From Kineococcus radiotolerans SRS30216 = ATCC BAA-149 (GTDB lineage: Bacteria; Actinomycetota; Actinomycetes; Actinomycetales; Kineococcaceae), in the NCBI RefSeq assembly GCF_000017305.1, contig NC_009664.2, positions 2,160,001 through 2,192,000 on the forward strand: DNA of 32,000 bases. The letters run 5' to 3'. Within the stretch, counting starts at the first letter, position 1; each line of letters starts with the position of its first letter. This document shows positions 6,864 to 15,315 of the stretch, one piece after another. A model generated the notes under the pieces. It did not search any database. It was not told where the DNA came from and saw only the letters and a program-made list of their open reading frames with translations. Made by a program: the position numbers and the translations under genes.

Positions 6864-7493
6864 TCAGCGGCGGGTGAAACCCCGCCGGGACGTCTCGACG
6901 TGGCGGACCATCGCCCGCCCGGCGCGCTGCTCGTCGCCGCTGGCGATGGCCGCGACGATGCGCCGGTGCTCCGTCCAGGCGCGCAGGCCCTGCTGCGGCA
7001 CGGTGGTGGCGTAGGCCCACTGGATCTGCTCGCTGACCCGGCGCAGGACCATCCCCATGCTGCGCGACCCCGACAGCCGGGCGATCGCCCCGTGGAAGCG
7101 GGAGTTCAGCTCCGCGCCGAGCACCGGGTCCCCGGACTCCAGGGCGGCGAACCCGGCCTCGACGATGCCCGTGAGCTCCTCGACGACGGCGCTCTCCCCC
7201 GCCGCGACCCGCCGCGCGCACCGGCTCGCGGTGATCTCCTCCACGACGCGGCGCACGGCGTACAGGTCGGCGAGGTCGTCGACGGGCACCTGCGCGACGC
7301 GGGCCCCGGCGTTGGGCCGCAGGTCCACGAACCCCTCACCGGCCAGCGCCCGCAGCGCCTCGCGCACGGGGACGCGCGAGGTGCCGTACCGCTCGACGAG
7401 GAGCGTCTCGGTCAGCCGCGTCCCCGGCGGGAAGGACCCGCCGAGGACGTCGCGCCGCAGCTGCTCGGTGACCCGTTCCGCCGAGGCCCCCAC
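6864..7493 (-). CDS. GntR-family transcriptional regulator (FadR/FCD-type C-terminal domain)
   Basis: N-terminal winged-helix pattern LTETLLVERYGTSRVPVREALRALAGEGFVDLRPNAGARV, followed by an about 130-aa helical domain. GTG start 2 nt after the ATPase stop. Confidence 0.85.
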   Translation of the reverse strand: MGASAERVTEQLRRDVLGGSFPPGTRLTETLLVERYGTSRVPVREALRALAGEGFVDLRPNAGARVAQVPVDDLADLYAVRRVVEEITASRCARRVAAGESAVVEELTGIVEAGFAALESGDPVLGAELNSRFHGAIARLSGSRSMGMVLRRVSEQIQWAYATTVPQQGLRAWTEHRRIVAAIASGDEQRAGRAMVRHVETSRRGFTRR

Positions 7494-7495
7494 CG

Positions 7496-9082
7496 CTACG
7501 CCGCAGCCCGTCCGGGGATGGCCGACAGCAGCTGGGCGGTGTACTCCTCGCGGGGGTGGTCGAACACGTCCCCGATCATGCCCTGCTCCACGACCCGCCC
7601 GGCGCGCATCACCAGGACCCGGTGGGCCAGGTTCCGGGCCACGGCCAGGTCGTGGGTGATGAACAGGTAGGTCAGGCCGAGGTCGTCCTGGAGCCGTTCC
7701 AGCAGAGCGAGGACCTGCTGCTGGACGAGGACGTCGAGGGCCGACGTCGCCTCGTCGAGCACGACGAGCGCCGGGTTCAGCGCGAGGGCGCGGGCCACCG
7801 CCACCCGTTGCCGCTGCCCGCCGGACAGCTCCGCGGGTCGGCGCTGGGCCAGGCCGCGGCTCAGCGCGACCTGGTCGAGCAGCTCCCCGACCCGGGCCCG
7901 CCGGGTGGCCGCGTCCCCGGCGCGCGCGATGCGCAGCGGTTCGTCGACGAGCCGTTCCACCGTCAGGGTGGGGTCCAGGGAACCGAACGGGTCCTGGAAC
8001 ACCGGGGCCACGTCGCGGCGGCCGCCGGCGAGGGCGATCTCCCCGCCGGTGGGGGTCTCCAGCCCCAGGACGAGGCGGGCGGTGGTCGTCTTGCCCGACC
8101 CGGACTCCCCGACGACGGCCGTCGTGGTGCCGGCGGGCACCGTGAAGGAGACCCCGTCCACCGCGCGCAGCTTCTCGCGCTGCCCCCGGACCCGGTACTC
8201 CTTGACCAGGTCCCGCACGACGAGGACGTCGGTCCCGGTCGCGGCGGGGAGGGCCCGGGGCGCGGCCCGGCCCGCGGTGGCGGGGGCGGCGGCGACCAGG
8301 CGCCGGGAGTAGTCCGCGGTGGGGTGGCGCAGGACCTGCGCCGCGGGGCCGGTCTCCACGACCCGCCCCTCGGACATGACGACCACGTCGTCGCAGCGTT
8401 CGGCGGCCAGGGCGAGGTCGTGGGTCACCAGCAGCAGCGACGCCCCGCGGGCGGCGGTGAGCCGGTCGAGGTGGTCGAGGATCTGCCGCTGCACCGTGAC
8501 GTCGAGGGCGGAGGTGGGTTCGTCGGCGACGAGGAGTTCCGGCTCGGCGGCCAGGGCCATCGCGATGAGCACCCGCTGGCGCATCCCGCCGGAGAACTCG
8601 TGGGGGTACTGCCGGGCGCGGCGGGCGGCGTCGGGGATGCCGGCCTCGGCCAGCAGCTCCACCGCGCGGGCGCGGGCGGCGGCCCCGCGGGCCAGGCCGT
8701 GCGCGCGCAGCGTCTCGGCGACCTGGTGCCCCACCCGGGCGGAGGGGTTGAGGTTGGACATCGGGTCCTGGGGGACGAGGCCGATGCGGCGGCCGCGCAG
8801 CCGGCGCAGCGTCGTCTCGTCGCGGTCGAGGAGGGCGGCGGTCACGTCCTCCCCGCCGACGCTGACGCGCCCGGCGGTGATCCGCCCGGTGCCCGGCAGC
8901 AGCCCGAGCACGGCCGCGGCGGTGGTGGACTTGCCCGACCCCGACGCGCCCACGACGGCGACGCGGTGCCCGCGCCGGACGGTGAGGTCGACCCCGTGCA
9001 GCACGGTGTTCGCGCCGTAGGCGACGTCGAGGCCCTCGACGCGCAGCAGCTCCGGCCGCTCGTCCGGTCCCACCGCGCTCAC
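7496..9082 (-). CDS. ABC transporter ATP-binding protein, fused double ATPase (DppD/DppF-like)
   Basis: Two Walker A motifs (GASGSGKST, GESGSGKTT) and two signature motifs (FSGGMRQR, LSGGQRQR). I place the start at GTG 9082, overlapping the GGT stop (GTGA); upstream of this the ORF is shadow sequence. Confidence 0.9.
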   Translation of the reverse strand: MSAVGPDERPELLRVEGLDVAYGANTVLHGVDLTVRRGHRVAVVGASGSGKSTTAAAVLGLLPGTGRITAGRVSVGGEDVTAALLDRDETTLRRLRGRRIGLVPQDPMSNLNPSARVGHQVAETLRAHGLARGAAARARAVELLAEAGIPDAARRARQYPHEFSGGMRQRVLIAMALAAEPELLVADEPTSALDVTVQRQILDHLDRLTAARGASLLLVTHDLALAAERCDDVVVMSEGRVVETGPAAQVLRHPTADYSRRLVAAAPATAGRAAPRALPAATGTDVLVVRDLVKEYRVRGQREKLRAVDGVSFTVPAGTTTAVVGESGSGKTTTARLVLGLETPTGGEIALAGGRRDVAPVFQDPFGSLDPTLTVERLVDEPLRIARAGDAATRRARVGELLDQVALSRGLAQRRPAELSGGQRQRVAVARALALNPALVVLDEATSALDVLVQQQVLALLERLQDDLGLTYLFITHDLAVARNLAHRVLVMRAGRVVEQGMIGDVFDHPREEYTAQLLSAIPGRAAA

Positions 9083-10884
9083 CGCCCCACCGCGTAGCCC
9101 TGCGCGCCGCGGGAGTTCGCGGCGGCGTGCAGGACCCCGGTGCGCGGGTCGCGGCCCGCGCAGGAGAGCCGCCCCAGCGTCCACGGCCCGGACCGCGTCA
9201 CGACGTGCCCGCGGGCCTCCAGCCCGGCGATGACGTCCTCCCCGACCCGGTCCTCGACGACGGCGCCGCCGGGGGTCCAGGTGCGCGGCCAGAACGAGCC
9301 CGGCATGGAGGTGGTGTGCAGCGCGGGCGCGTCGATGGCCTGCTGCGGCTCGTAGCCGCCGACGAGGGTGCGCAGCAGGTACAGCAGCTGCCACTGGTCC
9401 TGCTGGTCCCCGCCCGGGGTGCCCAGGGCCTCGACGGGGACCCCGTCGCGCAGCAGCAGCGTGGGGGTCAGCGTCGTGCGCGGGCGGTGCCCCGGGCGCA
9501 GCGCGGAGGGGGCGTCCTCGTCCAGCCACGTCATCTGCAGCCGCGAGCCCAGGCAGAACCCCAGCTCCGGGATCGTCGGGGAGGACTGCAGCCAGCCCCC
9601 CGAGGGCGTCGCGGAGACGACGTTGCCCCAGCGGTCGACGACGTCGACGTGGCAGGTGTCGCCGCGGGTGACGCCGGTGCTCTCGACGGTGGGTTCGCCG
9701 AGGGTGGGCTCACCGACGCCGACGGCTCCGGGGGCCTCGGTGCGCAGCGGCGGGAGGAACGGTTCCCGCCCGCCCACGGTGCCGGGGCGGAACTCGCGGG
9801 AGGCGCGGTCGGTGATGAGCGCGCGCCGGGTCGCGGCGTACTCCTCGGAGAGCAGTTCGGCCACCACGTCCGGGTCGGCGGCGGAGCCGTACCAGGCGTC
9901 GCGGTCGGCGAGGGCGAGCTTGAGGGCTTCGAGGACGGTGTGCGCGCCGCGCTCGGTGGAGGGGTCGAGGTCGGCGTCGTCGAACCCGTCGAGGATGCGC
10001 AGCGCCTGCAGCAGCACGGGGCCCTGGCCGAAGGGGCCGGTCTTGGCGACGGTGGTGCCGCGGAACTCGATCGTCGCGGCCGCCTCGTACCCGGCGGAGA
10101 ACCCGGCGAAGTCGGCGACCTCGATCACCGCGGCGTGGTCGGTGCCGGAGGAGTGCCGGTGCGGGGTGCGCAGGAACTCCACGGCCTCGCGGGCGACGAA
10201 GCCCTCGCGCCACTCGCGGCGGAACGCCTCGATGCGCTCGACGCGGGAACCGGCGCCCTCCCCGGCGGCGACGAGCCGTTCCAGGGTGCGCGCCCAGGCC
10301 GGGTTGGTGATGACGTCGCCGTCGCGCGGGACCCGCCCGCCGGGCATCCACAGCGCGGCGGAGGTGGGCCAGTGCTCGCGGAACAGCTCCGCGACGGAGG
10401 CGATCGTCGTGCCGACGCGGCCGACGACGGGGTGCCCGTCGCGGGCGTAGCCGATCGCCGGGGCCAGCACGTCGGCGAGTTCCCAGGTGCCGTGATCGCG
10501 CAGCAGCACCACCCAGGCGTCGACCGCGCCGGGCACGGCGGCGGCGAGGCCGCCGGCGCCGGGGACGAGGTCGAGGCCTTCGCCGCGGTAGTGCGCGACG
10601 GTGGCGGCCGCCGGGGCCGGGCCCTGCCCGTTCAGCACGACCGGGGTCGGGTCCCCGGCGGTGGCGAACACGCCCGTCATGTCGCCCCCGGGCCCGTTGA
10701 GGTGGGGTTCGACGACGTGCAGCACGAAGGCCGCGGCGACGGCGGCGTCGAAGGCGTTGCCGCCGCGCTCCAGGACCGACTGCCCGGTGGCCGAGGCCAG
10801 CCAGTGCGTGGAGGCGGTCATGCCGAAGGTCCCCCGCAGGGTGGGGCGGGTGGTGTGGGCCGGCGGGGCGGTGAAGGCGCTCAA
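9079..10884 (-). CDS. gamma-glutamyltransferase (GGT) family protein, no signal peptide
   Basis: C-terminal 601 aa of ORF 9079..11784. N-terminus TRPTLRGTFGMTASTHWLASA and NGPGGD are typical of the cytoplasmic GGT-like subgroup. Putative autoprocessing/nucleophile region RGDTCHVDVVDRWGNVVSATPSGG. TTG start 10884 has GGAGGA 5 nt upstream and overlaps the permease stop (TTGA). Confidence 0.85.
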   Translation of the reverse strand: MSAFTAPPAHTTRPTLRGTFGMTASTHWLASATGQSVLERGGNAFDAAVAAAFVLHVVEPHLNGPGGDMTGVFATAGDPTPVVLNGQGPAPAAATVAHYRGEGLDLVPGAGGLAAAVPGAVDAWVVLLRDHGTWELADVLAPAIGYARDGHPVVGRVGTTIASVAELFREHWPTSAALWMPGGRVPRDGDVITNPAWARTLERLVAAGEGAGSRVERIEAFRREWREGFVAREAVEFLRTPHRHSSGTDHAAVIEVADFAGFSAGYEAAATIEFRGTTVAKTGPFGQGPVLLQALRILDGFDDADLDPSTERGAHTVLEALKLALADRDAWYGSAADPDVVAELLSEEYAATRRALITDRASREFRPGTVGGREPFLPPLRTEAPGAVGVGEPTLGEPTVESTGVTRGDTCHVDVVDRWGNVVSATPSGGWLQSSPTIPELGFCLGSRLQMTWLDEDAPSALRPGHRPRTTLTPTLLLRDGVPVEALGTPGGDQQDQWQLLYLLRTLVGGYEPQQAIDAPALHTTSMPGSFWPRTWTPGGAVVEDRVGEDVIAGLEARGHVVTRSGPWTLGRLSCAGRDPRTGVLHAAANSRGAQGYAVGR

Positions 10885-11777
10885 CGGTTTCCTCCGTGCT
10901 GGTGGGACGGGTCGACGGCGTCGCGCAGCGCGTCGCCGAACAGGTTGAAGGCCAGGCAGACCAGGACGATCGCGAGACCGGGGAACAGGGCGGCGGTCGG
11001 CGCGCGGAAGATGTACTGCTGCGCGTCGGAGAGCATGATGCCCAGGCTCGGCGACGGCGGCTGGATGCCCAGGCCGAGGAAGGACAGCAGCGCCTCGCCG
11101 ATGACGACCGCGGGCATGATCACGGTGGCCTGGACGACGATCGCGGGCACCGCGTTGGGCAGGACGTGGGTGGCGAGGACCCGCGCCCCGGACGCGTCCA
11201 TGGTCTTCGCGGCCAGGACGTACTCCGCACCGCGCAGGCGCAGCGTCTCGGCGCGGACCACGCGGATCACCTGCGGGACGTGGGCGACGCCGAGGGCGAT
11301 CGCGGCGTTGCCCAGGCTCGCCCCGCGGATGGCGGCCAGCCCGACGGCCAGGACCAGGAAGGGGAAGGCGAGCACGACGTCGGTGACCCGGGACACGACG
11401 ACGTCGAGGCCCCGCCAGTACCCCGCGGCCAGCCCGAGCGGGGTGCCGACGACGACGGAGAGGGCGACGGCCAGGACCCCGACCTGGAGGGAGGCGCGCA
11501 GGCCGAAGAGGATGCGCGACAGCACGTCGCGCCCCAGGTCGTCGGTGCCCAGCCAGAACCCGACGGTGCGCGGGACCTGGAAGGGGGTCTCGAAGTGCAC
11601 CTGCGCGGGCGGGTGCGGGGCCAGCAGGGGCGCGAGCAGGGCCGCGAGGACCACGACGAGCAGCAGCGCCCCGCCCACGACGCCGGAGGGGCTGCGCAGC
11701 AGCCGCTTCAGCACGTACCCGCGGCTGGACCCCAGGTCCACCGCGAGCCGGTCGGGGGTCTCGGTGATCTGGCTCAT
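10881..11777 (-). CDS. ABC peptide-type transporter permease (DppC/OppC-like)
   Basis: 298 aa from ATG 11777 (ATGA overlap with the upstream permease). Polytopic, with a binding-protein-dependent transport inner-membrane pattern (AAKTMDASGARVLATHVLPNA). Confidence 0.9.
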   Translation of the reverse strand: MSQITETPDRLAVDLGSSRGYVLKRLLRSPSGVVGGALLLVVVLAALLAPLLAPHPPAQVHFETPFQVPRTVGFWLGTDDLGRDVLSRILFGLRASLQVGVLAVALSVVVGTPLGLAAGYWRGLDVVVSRVTDVVLAFPFLVLAVGLAAIRGASLGNAAIALGVAHVPQVIRVVRAETLRLRGAEYVLAAKTMDASGARVLATHVLPNAVPAIVVQATVIMPAVVIGEALLSFLGLGIQPPSPSLGIMLSDAQQYIFRAPTAALFPGLAIVLVCLAFNLFGDALRDAVDPSHQHGGNR

Positions 11778-12733
11778 CGGGCACCTCCGGCGACGCGGAT
11801 GCGGGGGTCGAGCACGGTGTAGAGCAGGTCCACGACGAGGTTGATGACGACGTAGGCCAGGGTCACGACGAGGACGACCCCCTCGATGACGGGGTAGTCG
11901 CGGCTGAACACCGAGTCCAGGGTGAGCTTCCCGAACCCGGGCAGGCCGAAGATGCGCTCGGTGACGACCGCGCCGGAGATCAGGCCGCCGAGCTGGAGCC
12001 CGACGAGGGTGACGACGACGACGAGCGAGTTGCGCAGCGCGAACCGCAGCACGACGGCGGGGCGGGACACGCCCTTGGCGCGCGCGGTGCGGACGTAGTC
12101 GGCGGAGAGGTTCTGCAGCATCGACGCCCGGGTCTGGCGCATCACCACCGCGGCGATCCCGGCGCCAAGGACGACGGCGGGCAGGGTGAGGTGGTGCAGC
12201 GCCCGCAGCGGGTCCTCGCCCGGCGGGACGTACCCGGAGGCGGGGAACCAGCCGGGTCCCACGGCGAGGTAGAGGATCGCCAGCAGCCCCAGCCAGAAGC
12301 TGGGGACGGACAGCCCCAGCAGGGACAGCCCGTTGACCCCGGCCTCGGCCCAGGTCCCGCGCCGCACGGCCGCGACGACGCCCGCCGCCAGCCCGAGCAC
12401 GACGGCGAACAGCATCGCGTAGACCGACAGCCACGCGGTGACCGGCAGCGTGGCGCCGATGAGCTCGGTGACGGGGGTGCCGGTGCGCACCGAGGTCCCC
12501 AGGTCCCCGGAGAGGGCGCTGCGCGCGAACCGCCAGTACTGGACCCAGAGCGGCTGGTCCAGGCCCAGGTCGGCCCGGACGGCGGCCAGCGCCTCGGGGG
12601 TGGCCTCCTCGCCGGCGACGGCGAGGGCGGGGTCGCCGGGCAGGGCCCGGACCCCGGCGAAGACGACCATCGAGGCCAGCACGAGCGTCACGGCGCTCTG
12701 GCCCAGCCGGGACAGCAGGAAGCGTCCCATCAC
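11774..12733 (-). CDS. ABC peptide-type transporter permease (DppB/OppB-like)
   Basis: N-terminus (M)MGRFLLSRLGQSAVTLVLASMVVFAGVRALPGDP is typical of DppB/OppB. Start is GTG 12733 or ATG 12730; both overlap the SBP stop. Confidence 0.9.
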   Translation of the reverse strand: MMGRFLLSRLGQSAVTLVLASMVVFAGVRALPGDPALAVAGEEATPEALAAVRADLGLDQPLWVQYWRFARSALSGDLGTSVRTGTPVTELIGATLPVTAWLSVYAMLFAVVLGLAAGVVAAVRRGTWAEAGVNGLSLLGLSVPSFWLGLLAILYLAVGPGWFPASGYVPPGEDPLRALHHLTLPAVVLGAGIAAVVMRQTRASMLQNLSADYVRTARAKGVSRPAVVLRFALRNSLVVVVTLVGLQLGGLISGAVVTERIFGLPGFGKLTLDSVFSRDYPVIEGVVLVVTLAYVVINLVVDLLYTVLDPRIRVAGGAR

Positions 12734-14388
12734 TCCTCCTCAGCGGTGTCGAGGAACGCGGCGCGCCCGAGGCGGACGACGCCGTCGGCGTAGGTCTCGA
12801 TCCCGGCGACGGCGTCGTCGCCGGAACTCACGTACCCGGTGATGCTGCGCACCCGGTAGAGGTAGACGATCGGGTCGTCGCGCTGCACGAGCGTCACGAC
12901 CCGCCCGTAGAGGTCGGCGCGCGTGGCGGGGTCGGTGCTGCGCGCGGCCTGCTTCAGCAGGGCGTCGACCTCGGGGTTCGAGTAGCCCGAGTAGTTGTTG
13001 CCGGCCGCGGTGGTGAGGAAGCTCGCGGAGTTCCCGTGCGGGTCGACGCGCCCGGACCAGCCGAGCTGGACGGCCTCGAAGTCGCCCGAGGACTGCTGGT
13101 CGAGCAGCGTGGAGTACTCGACGGGTTCGATCTCGAGGGCGAACCCGGCCTCCAGGACGCTGGCCTGCAGCGCCTGCGACAGGCGCAGGGTGTCGGCGGT
13201 GTTCGAGGCGGACACCGTGATCCGGTACGGCAGTTCCACCCCGGCCTCGGTCAGCAGTTCCTTCGCGCGCGCGGGGTCGTGCGGCGGGCAGGCGTCGCTG
13301 GCCGCGGTGGCGTAGGTGCTGGCCGGGGAGACGAACGAGCACGCCGGTTCGTACCAGTCGTTGAACACCGAGTTCACCAGCGCGGTGCGGTCCACGGCGA
13401 GGGAGAACGCCTCGCGGATGCGCGGGTCGGTGGCCAGCGGGGTGTCGATCCTGCCCGGGGGTTTCCCGACGCCGTCGGTGTTGCCCAGGTTGAACGTGAT
13501 GCCCTGGTAGCCGAAGGAACCGGTCTGGAGCAGGCCGATGCCCTCCTCCTGCGCCAGGGCGTCGACGTCCTGCGGGGAGAGGGTGTCGGCGACCTGGACG
13601 TCGCCGGAGCGCAGGTTGGCGGCGCGGATGTTCGCGTCGGTCATGATCCGGTAGGTGATGGTGTCGAGGTGCACCCGGTCGGCGGCGTAGTAGCCCGGGT
13701 CGCGCTCGACGGTGATGGAGGTCTGCGGGACGCGTTCCACGAACCGGAACGGCCCGACGCAGGTGGGGTGGTCGCCGAAGTCCTCGCCGCGCTCGGCCAG
13801 CGCCGTGGGCGACATGACCATCCCCGCCCGGTCGGCCAGCGAGGCGGTGAGGGGGGCGAACGGGGTCTCGTAGTGCACGACGACGGTGGCGGGGTCGAGG
13901 GCCTCGACGTCGCGGACCGGGCCGAGCTCGCTCTTGCGGCTGCTGGTCTCCAGGGTGAGGTTGCGTTCCAGCGTGGTGACGACGGCGGCGGCGTCCAGCG
14001 GGGTGCCGTCGGCGAACCGGACGCCGGGGCGGACGGGGATGGTGACGGTGAGGCCGTCGGGCGACGTCGTGGGCAGCGCGGCGGCGAGCTGCGGGACGAG
14101 GTTCCCCCCGGCGTCGACGTCGTAGAGCTTCTCGCAGATCGCGTTCATGACGTAGCGCGTGTAGAGCGAGGACGACGTCGTGGGGTCGAGGCGGTCCGGC
14201 TCGGCCGAGAGGGCCATGACGAGGTCGCCGCCCTCGCGCACGGGGCGGTCGCCGATCGCGACGCCGGTGACGTCCTCGCGGTCGGGGGCCTCCCCCACGG
14301 GCTGGACGGGCACGCAGGCGGCGAGGCCGGTGGCGAGGGTGAGCAGGGTGGCGCCGGCGGTGGTGAGCAGGGCTGGTCGAGCGGTCAT
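12730..14388 (-). CDS. ABC transporter substrate-binding lipoprotein, family 5 (peptide/nickel/glutathione type)
   Basis: C-terminal 552 aa of ORF 12730..15198 from ATG 14388. Signal peptide with lipobox LAAC, and family-5 SBP features (ALSAEPDRLDP, VRPGVRFADGTPLDAAAV). Confidence 0.9.
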   Translation of the reverse strand: MTARPALLTTAGATLLTLATGLAACVPVQPVGEAPDREDVTGVAIGDRPVREGGDLVMALSAEPDRLDPTTSSSLYTRYVMNAICEKLYDVDAGGNLVPQLAAALPTTSPDGLTVTIPVRPGVRFADGTPLDAAAVVTTLERNLTLETSSRKSELGPVRDVEALDPATVVVHYETPFAPLTASLADRAGMVMSPTALAERGEDFGDHPTCVGPFRFVERVPQTSITVERDPGYYAADRVHLDTITYRIMTDANIRAANLRSGDVQVADTLSPQDVDALAQEEGIGLLQTGSFGYQGITFNLGNTDGVGKPPGRIDTPLATDPRIREAFSLAVDRTALVNSVFNDWYEPACSFVSPASTYATAASDACPPHDPARAKELLTEAGVELPYRITVSASNTADTLRLSQALQASVLEAGFALEIEPVEYSTLLDQQSSGDFEAVQLGWSGRVDPHGNSASFLTTAAGNNYSGYSNPEVDALLKQAARSTDPATRADLYGRVVTLVQRDDPIVYLYRVRSITGYVSSGDDAVAGIETYADGVVRLGRAAFLDTAEEE

Positions 14389-14419
14389 CGCAGACCTTTC
14401 GCGCGTCGGGCTCAGCAAC

Positions 14420-14481
14420 GGAACGTATACAATCCGCGCACCGTACTCTTCCCGTGTTTCCCGCGTGTTTCCCGCGCGGGA
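14420..14481. promoter_or_regulatory. operator/promoter cluster between the SBP operon and the DUF1275 gene
   Basis: GGAACGTATACAATCC (14420-14435) is an imperfect 16-bp palindrome (12/16) around GTATAC, overlapping a near-consensus -10 TACAAT (14428-14433, + strand). Tandem 11-mer GTGTTTCCCGC x2 (14454-14475). Perfect 12-bp palindrome TCCCGCGCGGGA (14470-14481). Confidence 0.4.
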
Positions 14482-14523
14482 GTTCCTGCGGAAACGTCGA
14501 GACCGAGCACGGAGGACCCGTCC

Positions 14524-15213
14524 ATGCCCCCCGAGGCCCCCACCCGCGCCCCCTGGCACCTGGCCCTCATGCTGGCCCTGACGTTCTCGACGGGGATCGT
14601 CGACGCGGTCGGCTACCTCGGGCTGGACCGGGTGTTCACCGCGAACATGACCGGCAACGTCGTGATCCTGGGGATGGCCCTCACCGGCTCGGAGGACCTG
14701 CCGATCCTCGGCCCGGTGCTCGCCCTGCTCGGCTTCCTCGCCGGCGCGGCCGTGGTGGGCCGGGTCCTGCGCCGGGCCGCGAAGGGGTGGACGACGGCCT
14801 CCACCGTCGTGTTCGCGGTGGTCGGGGTGGCCCTGGGGGCGCTGGCCGCGGTCGTCGCGGCGCTGCCCGGGGTGCCCGTCGAGGCGGGCTCGACGCCGCC
14901 GGCGGCCGCGCTCGTCGTCACCACCGCCCTCGGGGTCGTCATGGGCGGGCAGGCCGCGGCGGCCCGCCGGCTGGCGGTGAAGGACGTCACGACGGTGGTC
15001 GTCACCTCCACCCTCACCGGGCTGGCCGCCGACTCCCGCCTCGCCGGGGGCGACGGCGCGGGGTGGCGCCGTCGGGTGGGCGCCGTGGCGCTGATCCTCG
15101 CCGGGGCCGCGGTGGGCGCGGCGCTGCTGCGCTGGCACGTCGGGGCGGGCCTCGCCCTCGCCGGCCTGATCACCGTCGTCGTGGCGGGGCTGGGGCACCG
15201 GAAGGCCCGCTGA
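14524..15213 (+). CDS. DUF1275 (YoaK-like) family membrane protein
   Basis: 229 aa from ATG 14524 with GGAGGA 7 nt upstream. LALTFSTGIVDAVGYLGLDRVFTANMTGNVVILG matches the DUF1275 N-terminal pattern. Polytopic. Confidence 0.8.
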   Translation: MPPEAPTRAPWHLALMLALTFSTGIVDAVGYLGLDRVFTANMTGNVVILGMALTGSEDLPILGPVLALLGFLAGAAVVGRVLRRAAKGWTTASTVVFAVVGVALGALAAVVAALPGVPVEAGSTPPAAALVVTTALGVVMGGQAAAARRLAVKDVTTVVVTSTLTGLAADSRLAGGDGAGWRRRVGAVALILAGAAVGAALLRWHVGAGLALAGLITVVVAGLGHRKAR

Positions 15214-15315
15214 GCACGCCCGGCGGGGCAGGGCGGTGGCGGTCCGCGCGCGGGGGGTGCAGCATCATCGGGCACGACCGAGCCCAGCCGGAACCGCAGG
15301 AGTGACGAGGAAGCC

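Noticed and set aside
9079-11784. Taking long track ORFs at face value as single proteins (9079..11784, 10881..12434, 12730..15198, 22462..25164, 26131..27987, 29572..31023, 2709..4202, 3998..4906)
   Set aside because: Only the C-terminal portion of each has protein-like sequence. The N-terminal extensions are Arg-rich read-through overlapping the upstream gene. Internal starts with stop/start overlaps or SD sequences give standard-length family members.
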